Virus record (IMG/VR): IMGVR_UViG_3300016476_000893
Span: 2,211 to 66,210 of that record
Length of the DNA: 64,000 bases
Strand: one strand, 5' to 3'
Source: a virus
The notes under the pieces: generated by a model
The model's database searches: none
What the model was told of the DNA's origin: nothing
The model's input: the letters and a program-made list of their open reading frames with translations, nothing else
Part shown: positions 56,201 to 64,000 of the stretch, one piece after another
Position numbering within the stretch: the stretch's first letter is position 1
Layout: every line of letters starts with the position of its first letter
Position numbers and translations under genes: made by a program

Positions 56201-57631
56201 CATTGCAGGAACAGTATCGCCATTTCCAACACCAGGAATGAGACCGCCAGTAGCAGCTCCTATAACTCCAGAACCACTTCCTCTTTTTGGCAGTCTTTTT
56301 AGACCGCCAGCAATTAAACTTCCTAAAGATCCAACAACTTTGACAGCGGCAAAGGCAGCTAACAGAGGGAGTAAACCTTTCACAGCTCTAGTTAGTGATA
56401 GCACTACATCTGTAACCTCTAGAAGCCCCGCTGTTAAAAATTTAAATGTGGCTGTCTGTGTTATTTCCGTAATCAATGCGGAGAAATTAGCCCGCAGTTC
56501 GTCTATTTTAAATGCTAAAGTTTCCTTCGCTTTTGCTGCATCTATATCTGACTCTGCAGACGCTTTATTTGCTATCGCCATAGCTCTCTGTGCTTCTTTG
56601 AAGTTATCCAACAAAGCAACTACTCTAGACAGTTGATATATACCACCAATCTGCTCGACAACATTAGCAAATTCTACATCTCCAGATTTTATGCCAGCTT
56701 GCTCAAGACCTTCTGTAATTCTTTTTATTGCCTCAAAACCACCAACAAACTCGCCATTAAGTCTTCTTAGTTCAATACCTCTCTTTTTGAAGAAGTTTAC
56801 AGTTTCTGCCCTTTGTAATCTACCTAAAATAGCTCTAAAACCAGTAGCAATAGTTTCAGAAGATTCTCTAGAATAAGATCTTACAGACGTAAATAACGCA
56901 ATCAACTCTTCAACATTTCCACTAGCAGCCTTAAATGCACCACCAGCCCTTGTTATAGCATCAACAATGTCGTTAGACTCTACGGCAAACGCCTTAGAAA
57001 CGACGTTTATCGTCTCTAAGGCTTTTGTGGCATCATTCACGCTAAGATCAAACGCAGACATTAAAGCAATAAAAGCCTCTGTAGTTTTATTTAAATTGTC
57101 AAAAGTACCTATCAAGGTTGTTTTTGCTAATGACTCAGCAGCTTTCAGGGATTCTTTTAGCGACAAACCAGCCTGAGCCAAAACTCTAACGAGTTCGGCT
57201 GTTTTTGTTTGAGCCAATCCATAATTTTTGCTGATATTTAAAATCTCATTAGAATATTCTTTAGCAGAATCAACGCTTATATTGACTGTTTGAGCCAATA
57301 CAGAAAGTTCTTTTTCAAATCTAATTGCTTCAGTAACAGCAGACGCTATATACAGCCCGAGGTTTTTAACTGCGTTTGTAGCAATAGCGTATGAAGCGAA
57401 GTTGACACCTTTAAGAGCCACAGCTTCAGCAAAGTTATCAGCGGTTGACAAAGCCTTTTTTTGAGCCTTGGTTAAATCGTCGATGTTTGCGGCAGCGGCT
57501 CTAAGATTTTTAGTATCAACCGTAAAGCCGATGCCGGTGAGAGCTTTTTCTATATCGTTTCTGATTTTGCCCAAATTTTGTGTAGTTGGAGATTGTAAAG
57601 TCAACTGCATGTTTATGTTGTAAGTGGGCAT
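50258..57631 (-). CDS. tail tape measure protein with repeated modules
   Basis: 2457 aa, Ala/Lys/Glu-rich helical; N-terminal TP901-like TMP domain (AIRFEKEL...AQAG); GAGGTG RBS. Confidence 0.92.
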   Translation of the reverse strand: MPTYNINMQLTLQSPTTQNLGKIRNDIEKALTGIGFTVDTKNLRAAAANIDDLTKAQKKALSTADNFAEAVALKGVNFASYAIATNAVKNLGLYIASAVTEAIRFEKELSVLAQTVNISVDSAKEYSNEILNISKNYGLAQTKTAELVRVLAQAGLSLKESLKAAESLAKTTLIGTFDNLNKTTEAFIALMSAFDLSVNDATKALETINVVSKAFAVESNDIVDAITRAGGAFKAASGNVEELIALFTSVRSYSRESSETIATGFRAILGRLQRAETVNFFKKRGIELRRLNGEFVGGFEAIKRITEGLEQAGIKSGDVEFANVVEQIGGIYQLSRVVALLDNFKEAQRAMAIANKASAESDIDAAKAKETLAFKIDELRANFSALITEITQTATFKFLTAGLLEVTDVVLSLTRAVKGLLPLLAAFAAVKVVGSLGSLIAGGLKRLPKRGSGSGVIGAATGGLIPGVGNGDTVPAMLTPGEFVIRKSAVKAIGVKNLSSINKYGKGGVVETEQLKAMNPKIQGKSHLMRKINSTSNWQDKDGTYINYEIEEFDPLSSSDKKLVAEYIKGVKLGNPGAKIKGNAFEAMVAKKYRLKTTGDNAYLDFLYGEAKSDPKYGKTLTGDRYLNLLSKTLNSKNSYLKKFTKNKDIVNPSDKEITLYIDKLRNKREDITKMNTGGPVGTDTVPALLTPGEFVVNKRSAEQFGYNNLKKINRYAKGGVVSKIQKFADGGVVAGMSDTNLSIDTGLLQSLNFVGDKLGPLANSFSLLTLQMRLAINFTEFFAQKIKAFGESSAEQAKKTEEITRQLDEARKELAQTTSDLNTKKTKADSEIKQIEAKISSAEASRSTKQLTPKDIFKDLNNVVSNIISQNTAALAFKQSVTSPQPTTSQQAAALAALKKASGSPTQQPQKGSTSSNSATGNVVSPIDPKDQQQLKALIYDVKNKYKYNSKIVEAISKIQSSLPGEIKLQIAAISDLANKLNESSLQEYYIILQNKKLLKEKQEAAAALDLSSKDELALIESNIKSLEGALPKKTSFFSKVGGFAKTAVSSFGPEVASLALAAFTSSLDKASQNALTLSEELQKAGDAAGAEKAARTAAQEEMKSGNMQFYSTVGASIGAVFGPLGLAVGAASGALFGFVNSITNFTDFLGLTSYQDQIDAKAMDAYKNAQISSAEKQVAIAKESFDKFGRTDPSKSLDQLEQSISKYINIFEKSREIFLGRDKGLETSQVAFKDFMDMFSSLAKSAEFAGMSFDEISKKNPKIADGLNRIAVATGNTDWLKSFITEFNVLQNVLKAEAASKASLVEAQIRSVKLQRGINEATEKWSKTLTIQSRSLRSINFSKSGLSYLEKVDLSNFELDNTRSQNFKNALDSVSQAFPGLSETVKSFQNEINAFDMAKFELASRLPTINLGTNQNAVQAQRAELAEQVMAIFEGMNLGDLEENIRSQILGGEDPTELLNKILSDKANALQKPLDLITNVFNNYAEVLKNRVEFEAKQLDQSISIQKAQQSNNKMIADIIADIFGENPIAEYQTALQNRLSNVSKALEGTSLSKMNLSGGKRDIDIIGNAISQNKAKQIEIDAFIATSKTIDEFGNTTTDLMNELGSLQTEANAFKVALEELGNTSQETSAAQKALQKSISDRAKLREVAGDLAFGTRESRSEFLKNMQQARILSFTGNIGNIRESDRQSLKAFLTEFKDLPVFNGLKGDEIIRGVTKNFLLSTGSSPEEVKFIMDEMIPIEKQMLEQLKKDSQTQIDQLKALERIEAQSFNAANMNGGGSVFKPRGSDTVPAMLTPGEFVMSKSAVGKIGRANLERMNSTGTIYASDGGIIEVAGVKYDKRTDYFRNRYKSDVAFKQGVDLVESINLRERRKIGYAKNLGIDTANLDLNDPRLAFDQNLVNDTISSIRQKSGEIRSGNQVAIFDQYKGMTGGPLGLPNALRYAAKTVKNVASGYSINQSDELLMQEIFGAPEKLSQKLIDDTINEISASRKGLNVRPLSEAEIFAIKQRFQYTGSPTSTAKQVKQEVVQPKEFDTKSNISGVLNAYGAMAKSFLNPDQRSVEQQVEETFRKKREEERSQKAAASTPVVKPRQNVLAEQNVQSAQTAQTELSKLDRIAERLKTERNPNVRRQLMIGYQYQQRKQQLIDRSNSMYGISQARKAERDKKEAIKREFDRKRGAESLSKMSANPYYKGTKAYAARISAEKDAREKAYDANKIKDIQEYNLPQLSTNTSDETVNNLNKIIQKGNEQKIKEADELVKSYGYGSKNFDPIKMKEAIRNRRKMIESFREKPQGRSPQSIFGRMKENKNREDIVPAMLTPGEFVLKKSAVRDIGLPALNNMNKSKVKGFANGGLVGSGSTGGFNGGGSNSNDYSVLTQSLIDFNSRFSESVRQLVEMPKVFEISLQNVGVNVNLNGAEFLAKLPDVLKSIVLENIQSEIGNITSQVKKNLSSGN
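50651..56218 (-). repeat. four protein-level repeats D(T/I)VPA(M/L)LTPGEFV inside the tape measure gene
   Basis: Cores at 56180-56218, 55544-55582, 52223-52261 and 50651-50689. Confidence 0.93.
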
Positions 57632-57647
57632 ATATCACCTCTAATTA

Positions 57648-58412
57648 TTATACAGGGGTATCGTCTTCAAACTCTAACGAATCTAGAACAGAGTCGTCTA
57701 TAACTGGGTTGTTGTTAATGTCGATTCTTTGTCCCTTGGAGTCTACTCTAGCCCCATTGTCGTCAAGCAGATTTCCTTCAAAATCTACTCGTCTACCTTG
57801 CTTATCAACAAGATTTCCTTTACTATCTATTCTGTTGAGCTTCTTTAAAACTTTATTTTCTAATAGGCTATTTTCAAAGTTTTCTTCAAGCCCGTACATA
57901 TAAGCGGCGAACTTGCCAGCCAATACATTAGCTAGTTCTGTTGCAGACTTCTCAATATATTCATCTACAGACGAGTATACTGGTTTTTGCGTCTTATAAT
58001 CATAAGCACACGCTGAAACTAAATAGTTAAATCTGGCACTTTCTGCTTGACCTTCAGCAGTTAGACCGTCTAAAGAGTTTCTGTCAGACATCAATTCTGA
58101 CATTTCAACTCTTAATCGTTTCAATTCGATAGCTTTATTAACTACTTCAGAGGCTTTGGTTATTTTTCCAGACTTTATCTTATATTCAATATCTGCACTC
58201 TTTTTAATAAGCGACAAATATTCTTCTTGCTTTGCGTCGTCCCATAAACCCTGTCGTCTCATATAATCTTCAAGACTCTTTTTCAAAATAGCCCCTTCAA
58301 CAAGAGCTTTATTGAAACTTTTTGCGTAAACCTTTGTTGCTTCCGCAAGAACTTCAGACGATACTGGTTTTATAAAATATGTACCTTCTTTAAAATCAAA
58401 TGTTTCAGCCAT
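57648..58412 (-). CDS. putative tail assembly chaperone
   Basis: 254 aa directly upstream of the TMP; helical; C-terminal D.QG.RVD..G repeats. Confidence 0.55.
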   Translation of the reverse strand: MAETFDFKEGTYFIKPVSSEVLAEATKVYAKSFNKALVEGAILKKSLEDYMRRQGLWDDAKQEEYLSLIKKSADIEYKIKSGKITKASEVVNKAIELKRLRVEMSELMSDRNSLDGLTAEGQAESARFNYLVSACAYDYKTQKPVYSSVDEYIEKSATELANVLAGKFAAYMYGLEENFENSLLENKVLKKLNRIDSKGNLVDKQGRRVDFEGNLLDDNGARVDSKGQRIDINNNPVIDDSVLDSLEFEDDTPV

Positions 58413-58414
58413 TT

Positions 58415-58720
58415 TTAGTTCCTTTTGATTGGTAAATCGATATGAAATCTATTCCACACTACATCGTATGAAGATAGTTCCGATTCTATGTTTCTAATCT
58501 GAGCGTTCCCTTTGTCCAATATTTCAGATCTTAGTTCTTCAAAAACCTCTCGAAGCCTCTCTTGTTGTGGCGTCACATCTTGATTTTCAAATCCCCACAT
58601 CTTACCAAAATATTTTTCAATACTGGCAATCGCTCCTATCATTGTTGTATTGATTCTCTTATTTATTTCTTTTCTTAATCGATCTTTTGATCGATCATTC
58701 ATCGCCTTTTTCTTATCCAC
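58415..58720 (-). CDS. hypothetical protein (tail operon)
   Basis: 101 aa, GGAG RBS. Confidence 0.65.
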   Translation of the reverse strand: MDKKKAMNDRSKDRLRKEINKRINTTMIGAIASIEKYFGKMWGFENQDVTPQQERLREVFEELRSEILDKGNAQIRNIESELSSYDVVWNRFHIDLPIKRN

Positions 58721-58722
58721 TA

Positions 58723-59724
58723 TTATCTCCTAGATTTGTTCGACTGCATTTGAATTTCCCGTCTCACATGAGAAAGTTCCATTTCATTCAAATGTCCGTG
58801 TTCTTTAAGGTCTTGTCTCTTAGAATTCAAAACAGCCATACCATAACCATCATTGAGCGATATAACTTGTTTTTGTTCTTCTAAGCTGTTAACTGGTATA
58901 AACAACTCACCAGCATCTTTATTATTGCTAGGCATTAAAGATTCAGCTCGTTTTTTATCGCTCTCCTCTTTTCTTTTCCTAGATTGAAGTATCATCCATC
59001 CGTCGAAAGCAATATCATCGTTTATAACTTCTTCTGTTGGTGGGTCAACCGACTCATGAACGCTATCATAAAATCTAGACCAAGAAATTAAAACGACTTG
59101 TTCGTTAGTCAGCTCATTAGCCGATCTATCAAACAAGCCGTCTACAGTTTTAGAAGCACCCCAAATAGTTTTCCATTCATGACTCTTTGCCACTTCCCTT
59201 ATTGTTGTTTCCTGTAAAGACTTGTCATTAAATGCAGAAACCAATCTTTGTATATTTATTCTATCTTTTACTGAATGCAAATTATCTATATAAGACGATT
59301 TTTCAAGCAAAAAAGCTAATTTAAAATAATTAGCAGTGTATTCACAAGTTTTGTCGTAGAATTCGTTTTTTTTTAACAGTAAAGAAGAAAGCTTATCGTT
59401 AAAACAATCTATGTTGTACTTAATGTGTTTGGTTCGCTCTTTAATAGCAAATCCTAAGTAATAATCAACCTTTGCCTGTTCTATTTTTTTTACCAATGAA
59501 GATAGTTCGTTTTCGTGTTCTTCAGTCCAAGAACCATTTTTTAATAAAAACTCTTCAGCAGAATCTACTGTAAAACAGTCGTTATAAAAACAGTCTTCGT
59601 AAATCTTCTCAGCCAAGAAATCCGCTAAGATTTTATCTTCTAGGCGAAAAGGTTTAACGAAGACCGTTTGGTTTTCAACCTCAAGAATGACTACTCCGGA
59701 AAGTAGTCTGTTGATATAATTCAT
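58723..59724 (-). CDS. hypothetical protein / putative tail assembly chaperone
   Basis: 333 aa between the tail tube gene and the TMP. Confidence 0.6.
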   Translation of the reverse strand: MNYINRLLSGVVILEVENQTVFVKPFRLEDKILADFLAEKIYEDCFYNDCFTVDSAEEFLLKNGSWTEEHENELSSLVKKIEQAKVDYYLGFAIKERTKHIKYNIDCFNDKLSSLLLKKNEFYDKTCEYTANYFKLAFLLEKSSYIDNLHSVKDRINIQRLVSAFNDKSLQETTIREVAKSHEWKTIWGASKTVDGLFDRSANELTNEQVVLISWSRFYDSVHESVDPPTEEVINDDIAFDGWMILQSRKRKEESDKKRAESLMPSNNKDAGELFIPVNSLEEQKQVISLNDGYGMAVLNSKRQDLKEHGHLNEMELSHVRREIQMQSNKSRR

Positions 59725-59750
59725 TCCTTTGATGTCCTAAAGTGTTTATA

Positions 59751-60965
59751 TTAGAAGTGGTTTTTCCAGTAGTTGGCACTTCCGATATGTCCAAGCAATG
59801 GGTCGCCAGAATGGAGAATAACAAAGTCGTTTGATGTGGTAAAGCTGTATGCAATTGTAGCGTTACCGCCGCCAGTGTCATTACCGCCATAAGTGACAGT
59901 AGTTACTTTATTTTTATTACCGAGGCTGATCACAGTGCTATCATCTAAAACGAACTGGATAGAGTGATCGCTAAGGTTCTTTGCGTTTCCACTAGCTGTG
60001 ATATTGTCTCCGCCAGCCGCTGTTATCTCGATATCGGTAGTAACGTCAACAGGGAAAGAGACGTATCTGTTATAAGGTAGTTTTTGACCTAAAGTATTAG
60101 TTTGTTCTCTACCAAGGTCTACGCTAACAGAAACACTATTTAGATAAACACCGCTATCAATATTTACATAACCACAGTTTGTAGAAAGACCGCCACCAGA
60201 ACCTGGAATTCCAGAACCAGTGCTTGTGACACCCGGAATAAAATTAGGAACGACTGTTCTGAAAGTCTTGCCGCCATATGTCATTCCTGTAGAACCAGTA
60301 ACAAAGTTCTGTCTACGTAGAACGCTGCCATTAGGAGAAGCTGGAGAGTCGTTGCCAAATATTGTTCCGAACGCAGAAACGACAATACCACTGTTTGTAA
60401 GAACGCCGTTTTGAGAGCCACCAAGCCATTGCTTGTCGTTACCAACGAAAGTGGTTGATTCTGTAAAGTTTCCGTCTGTTGCAAGACTGTATGATACTGA
60501 GCTGACATACATTCCGCTAGAATAAAGTTCTGCAACAGCAGAGTCGCCAGCATTTACAGCCGTATCTGAAGTTAAACCTACAACAGCTCTAATATCCGCT
60601 CTGGCGTCTGCTCTACCAACCAAGGTTGGGTTAATAGCAGTTGACGTTCCCAAGTGATATATTAGGCTATAGCCATCAAGAACCTTTTCAAAGGTAATTT
60701 CAATATCAGGAACTTCTTCATAGTTTTCGTATAGAGAAAGTTGAGCAAGTTCAAATATTTTCTCTAGATTGAAGTTTGTCGTAATACCACACGACTGTAG
60801 TCCGTGAACAATGGTAATGTTTCCACTACCAGTAATCACGGAATCACCAGCCCCCCAACTATCCTGTACTGTTGATGCACCCATATCTCCGACAGCTACT
60901 GCTTGAGTAGCGTATATCACTCTTTTGTTATTGCTTGTGCTTGAAAATGGCATATTAATCTCCAA
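59751..60965 (-). CDS. major tail (tube) protein
   Basis: 404 aa, Gly/Ser/Thr-rich beta composition; two similar half-folds (VHGLQSCGITTNFN..IFELAQ / LNSVSVSVDLGREQ..TLGQK); position after the neck genes; strong RBS. Confidence 0.72.
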   Translation of the reverse strand: MEINMPFSSTSNNKRVIYATQAVAVGDMGASTVQDSWGAGDSVITGSGNITIVHGLQSCGITTNFNLEKIFELAQLSLYENYEEVPDIEITFEKVLDGYSLIYHLGTSTAINPTLVGRADARADIRAVVGLTSDTAVNAGDSAVAELYSSGMYVSSVSYSLATDGNFTESTTFVGNDKQWLGGSQNGVLTNSGIVVSAFGTIFGNDSPASPNGSVLRRQNFVTGSTGMTYGGKTFRTVVPNFIPGVTSTGSGIPGSGGGLSTNCGYVNIDSGVYLNSVSVSVDLGREQTNTLGQKLPYNRYVSFPVDVTTDIEITAAGGDNITASGNAKNLSDHSIQFVLDDSTVISLGNKNKVTTVTYGGNDTGGGNATIAYSFTTSNDFVILHSGDPLLGHIGSANYWKNHF

Positions 60966-60988
60966 TTATTGTGGTGAATTGTATAATT

Positions 60989-61921
60989 TTATACTCCAAA
61001 CAGAATACACTCGGTAGTTATTTTAACTGCACCAACATGTATGTCTGGAGTTAATGAGTATATTGAATCAAATCGTGAATTTATTATTCTTATATCTGTA
61101 CCTGGAAAATTAGTCACAAGTTCTGGATACGTCATTGCTCCGCTGACTGGAACGCCTCTATAATCTACTGGAAACGCAGATCCAGAGGATACAAGGTTTA
61201 AATCATAAGATTTTACAACCTTTTGATTTTGCATTGTGACAATATCTACTAAGTTGTCTCTAGTGTACGAATCTTCAGCAACACAGTATAAAATAAAGTC
61301 AGTAAACACCGTTTGTCCGCCGCCTAGCTGAAATGGCTTCATTGATCTAACATTCGACGTTTCAACACCAATAATCGGCAGTTGATATCTATTGTCAGAT
61401 AATACGCTGTTCTCGCCACTGTTATTTACCTCAGACCTTTTTTGTATCTCTTTAAACCAATTCAGTCCATTGGCTTGGCATACATTAACAAGTTTGTAGC
61501 TATAACGACATTCGACGTTACTAGCTGTGCTTATCGGTGAATTAAAAATAACCCTACCTAAATAATGATTTATGTAGTGCGAATATACTCCAGTTTCAGA
61601 AGACGGATGAAAACTATTATTAATATATACTCCAGAGACGCCAGGATAAGCGGAGTTGTTGCTGGTGTATGCTCCAAGGCCACTTTCCCAAACCCAGTTC
61701 GATCTTATACCTTCCCAAACCTGGCCGTAGCTGTATCTAGGGTCATTAACCAGTTTTAGTTTATGATAAAGATCTCCATAAACGCCAGTGCTAGGTATAT
61801 CAACATTAATAATGTTATTTTTTTCCATCAAGCCATAATCAAAAAACGATATAAGGTTTTCCCTTATATGATTAGTTAGGGTGCTGTCTCCTATACTGGA
61901 AAAACCCTTTAAGAAGCTCAT
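60989..61921 (-). CDS. neck / tail-completion protein
   Basis: 310 aa; YQLPIIGVE...GGGQ pattern; position upstream of the tail tube gene. Confidence 0.55.
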   Translation of the reverse strand: MSFLKGFSSIGDSTLTNHIRENLISFFDYGLMEKNNIINVDIPSTGVYGDLYHKLKLVNDPRYSYGQVWEGIRSNWVWESGLGAYTSNNSAYPGVSGVYINNSFHPSSETGVYSHYINHYLGRVIFNSPISTASNVECRYSYKLVNVCQANGLNWFKEIQKRSEVNNSGENSVLSDNRYQLPIIGVETSNVRSMKPFQLGGGQTVFTDFILYCVAEDSYTRDNLVDIVTMQNQKVVKSYDLNLVSSGSAFPVDYRGVPVSGAMTYPELVTNFPGTDIRIINSRFDSIYSLTPDIHVGAVKITTECILFGV

Positions 61922-62595
61922 ATGGCAATCTCTTTCACTATAAATGCTCTTATTTGAGGTATTGTATTGTTTATTGCTCTAGTTATGAAATTATCTTCTT
62001 CTGTTCCAGAGTGCTCAGGATCTACCATAAAGCCAGCACTTCTGACTGGCCCGCCCTTATCTGTATACACCATCATAGCTTGATTTGACCGACCAAGCCC
62101 ATCTTCGTAATAAACATAGAAGTTGCTAATAATAACTTGTGTTCCACGAGTCATTAGCCATTCTAGCCAATTTATTCTTCCGTCTATACCATAGTTAGTA
62201 ACCCAATACCCATCGCTGATGTACGAACCATTTTTTATATACTTATACACATCTGGATTGGGCAGAAGCATTAAAGTAAAGGAAGCTAGTAAATCATCAG
62301 CCTTGCGAGACTTTGTATACAATATTTGTATGTTTGACGTTAAGTATTCTACAATTGAATCTACAGCTTCTATAGCCATAGAATCAGTCAAACCAAAATC
62401 GGCCTGCAATATTCCACCAAGCAAAGATGATACAGTTTCAGACTTATTAAGTTCCCCTTTTAATGTCTCCCTGGCGAACATCTCTATACCTAATATTTTA
62501 GATCTAATAATTTGGTCAACCTTCTCGGCTAATGCAAAAAATATATTAGCTTTTAACTGATTTGGAGTGTCAGTAAAACTTAGTCTAGCTGGCAT
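61918..62595 (-). CDS. neck/morphogenesis protein
   Basis: INWLEWL..RG...DNFITRAI; ATG 62595 overlaps the upstream stop (TAATG). Confidence 0.55.
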   Translation of the reverse strand: MPARLSFTDTPNQLKANIFFALAEKVDQIIRSKILGIEMFARETLKGELNKSETVSSLLGGILQADFGLTDSMAIEAVDSIVEYLTSNIQILYTKSRKADDLLASFTLMLLPNPDVYKYIKNGSYISDGYWVTNYGIDGRINWLEWLMTRGTQVIISNFYVYYEDGLGRSNQAMMVYTDKGGPVRSAGFMVDPEHSGTEEDNFITRAINNTIPQIRAFIVKEIAI

Positions 62596-63077
62596 TAAAC
62601 TCTTTTCCAGTAGCAAACAAAATAATTATTGTCCAACCCGTGCTTTACTGGCTCTCCAGATTTTTCAAATCTCCATTCTTCGTGGCCGTTTTTACCAGTG
62701 TGTACTATCAAAGCGGAACTTTTATTTACCTTTGATATGTCTGAATATTTTCCGATAGTCATAATTGATCCATCCGGAAGACTTATATTCGATATTTTTT
62801 TGAAATCTTTTTGGGTCCAGTAAACTCTGAGCGTTATATTTTCTGTAACCTCTACAGTTTTAAAAGACTGTTCAGATCTGGCAAAAGAATTATCAGGAGA
62901 TATCTGCTGAAGATTCATTACCTTTTTCTGTTTTGATACAGGAACCTCAGAGTTAATTTCTTGAATTTTATCTGTATGCACGAGTTTACACTGGACGCCA
63001 AAACCCGATAAGTCTAACATCATATCGGCGACTTCAGAGTATTTTGAAAACAATCCAGACGGTAAGGTCATAGTCAT
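62595..63077 (-). CDS. putative head-closure protein
   Basis: 160 aa, beta-rich; position in the head-tail joining region. Confidence 0.5.
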   Translation of the reverse strand: MTMTLPSGLFSKYSEVADMMLDLSGFGVQCKLVHTDKIQEINSEVPVSKQKKVMNLQQISPDNSFARSEQSFKTVEVTENITLRVYWTQKDFKKISNISLPDGSIMTIGKYSDISKVNKSSALIVHTGKNGHEEWRFEKSGEPVKHGLDNNYFVCYWKRV

Positions 63078-63283
63078 TAGGCTGATGTATCCCCACTATA
63101 ATATCTAACATCATCAAGTCTAATATCTAGATAACCACTTTGAGCAATTATCGGGTCTGTGATGTTTACAACAGGCGATATTTTGTGGTTATCTAATACA
63201 GCTACTGGACCAATAGAAACAACTCCACCACCATTTCTAATTGGATTGGCTTCTATAACCTTCTTTAGTACGTCGTTTGGCAT
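63077..63283 (-). CDS. hypothetical protein
   Basis: 68 aa, GAGG RBS, coupled to its neighbours. Confidence 0.55.
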   Translation of the reverse strand: MPNDVLKKVIEANPIRNGGGVVSIGPVAVLDNHKISPVVNITDPIIAQSGYLDIRLDDVRYYSGDTSA

Positions 63284-63292
63284 TGTAACCTC

Positions 63293-63820
63293 TTATCTAA
63301 AATAGCCATTAACATAATCATACGATCTGTTTATAGCGTCACTACCTGGTGAATATGGACTCAAGATCGCTTTTCCAACAGAGCTTGATCCAACCTTTAA
63401 ATTAAACTTAAATTCTTCGTATTTTTTGCAAGCGTCTTCATAAAGATATTTGATATTACCAGCTATGGCTGTCATATCTATGCTACTTGGTCCGTCAGTT
63501 ACTCTAACCGAATTCAATGAATGAGTTTTTAATTCACTTCCAAGTATGACACAAGCTGTTTTCAAAGCAACTAAATTTATAAATCCATCATCTTTATTTG
63601 CTGTCGCCAGCGGAGATGATGGATCTGTAGGGTCTGGTATTAATTTGCATTTTTCAACATCTATAATATACGCATTTTCAAAATCTATCTCTGAACATAC
63701 AATTCTAGCAGACACGAGTATAGCAGTCTCTATTCTCGAATCGCTATAAGAGTAGTTCGATGGGTCTAAGTCATTTATTAGATGACGAACAATTATGCCT
63801 ATTTCTCCGCTCCAGCTCAT
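63293..63820 (-). CDS. putative head-tail connector/adaptor
   Basis: IVRHLINDLD..Y.YSDSRIE helical pattern; VRVTDGPSSID. Confidence 0.55.
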   Translation of the reverse strand: MSWSGEIGIIVRHLINDLDPSNYSYSDSRIETAILVSARIVCSEIDFENAYIIDVEKCKLIPDPTDPSSPLATANKDDGFINLVALKTACVILGSELKTHSLNSVRVTDGPSSIDMTAIAGNIKYLYEDACKKYEEFKFNLKVGSSSVGKAILSPYSPGSDAINRSYDYVNGYFR

Positions 63821-63999
63821 TAGTCACCTATATTACAGTAAACTTTGAAAGAAGAATGGCTTGACTTATATCTACTAGAACCAATTTCTATATTGGCTTG
63901 TATTTTATATAAACCAGCCTGGTCTAAGTCTCCGCTGACGGCATTATACTTAATAATCCCATCGGACCCGTCTGTATAAAACCCGGCACTAACAGTAAG
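63820..63999 (-). CDS. 3' end of a BppU-N-like beta-sandwich structural protein (partial)
   Basis: Hand translation: LTVSAGFYTDGSDGIIKYNAVSGDLDQAGLYKIQANIEIGSSRYKSSHSSFKVYCNIGD*; the stop overlaps the next ATG. Confidence 0.6.
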   Translation of the reverse strand, partial: LTVSAGFYTDGSDGIIKYNAVSGDLDQAGLYKIQANIEIGSSRYKSSHSSFKVYCNIGD

Positions 64000-64000
64000 A

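Noticed and set aside
50545-57903. Plus-strand ORFs of up to 199 aa antisense to the tape measure gene, and similar shadow ORFs elsewhere
   Set aside because: Typical antisense shadows of a long coding gene; Ser/Leu/Phe-rich, with no RBS or motifs.
57648-59724. Programmed -1 frameshift between tail assembly chaperones
   Set aside because: The three ORFs are separated by clean stops with their own starts, and I found no convincing slippery heptamer with an overlapping frame. Not excluded computationally.
59751-60965. Contractile tail sheath
   Set aside because: No sheath motifs and a size that fits a tube protein; no baseplate wedge genes seen in the operon.
1-64000. Alternative genetic code (stop-codon reassignment)
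   Set aside because: Long ORFs tile the window in code 11, and TAG, TGA and TAA all act as stops next to downstream starts.
1-64000. tRNA, rRNA or CRISPR array
   Set aside because: Intergenic gaps are short. I saw no cloverleaf/T-loop signature and no regularly spaced repeat-spacer array; the 22-bp repeat has only two abutting copies.

Overview
The window is a 64 kb piece of a large, AT-rich dsDNA tailed phage read in genetic code 11. It is probably siphovirus-like: there is a tail-tube gene and a 2457-aa tape measure gene, and no sheath gene is visible. The host is unknown; a Planctomycetes/PVC host is only my inference. Layout: (i) 1020-5476, minus strand: glycosyltransferase/methyltransferase cluster. 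(ii) 5959-40882, plus strand: starts at a perfect TTGACA-17-TATAAT promoter and carries ssb, a membrane/lipoprotein/papain-like protease/thioredoxin cassette, nrdB, intein-containing nrdA, phoH, recA, dnaB, primase, dNMP kinase, an exonuclease, a DNA polymerase III alpha split into two genes around an HNH gene and a DnaQ-like gene, a sigma factor and a second glycosylation cluster. (iii) 40927-64000, minus strand: neck/tail operon. The most interesting signals are: a LAGLIDADG intein inserted exactly at the catalytic Cys of a papain-like protease, inside a holin-like/lipoprotein/thioredoxin cassette that may be a non-canonical lysis module; an intein-free split DnaE; and a tape measure protein whose four copies of a conserved DTVPAMLTPGEFV module bracket cargo-like segments, one of them nuclease-like. 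All product calls come from motif recognition by eye. No database searches were run.
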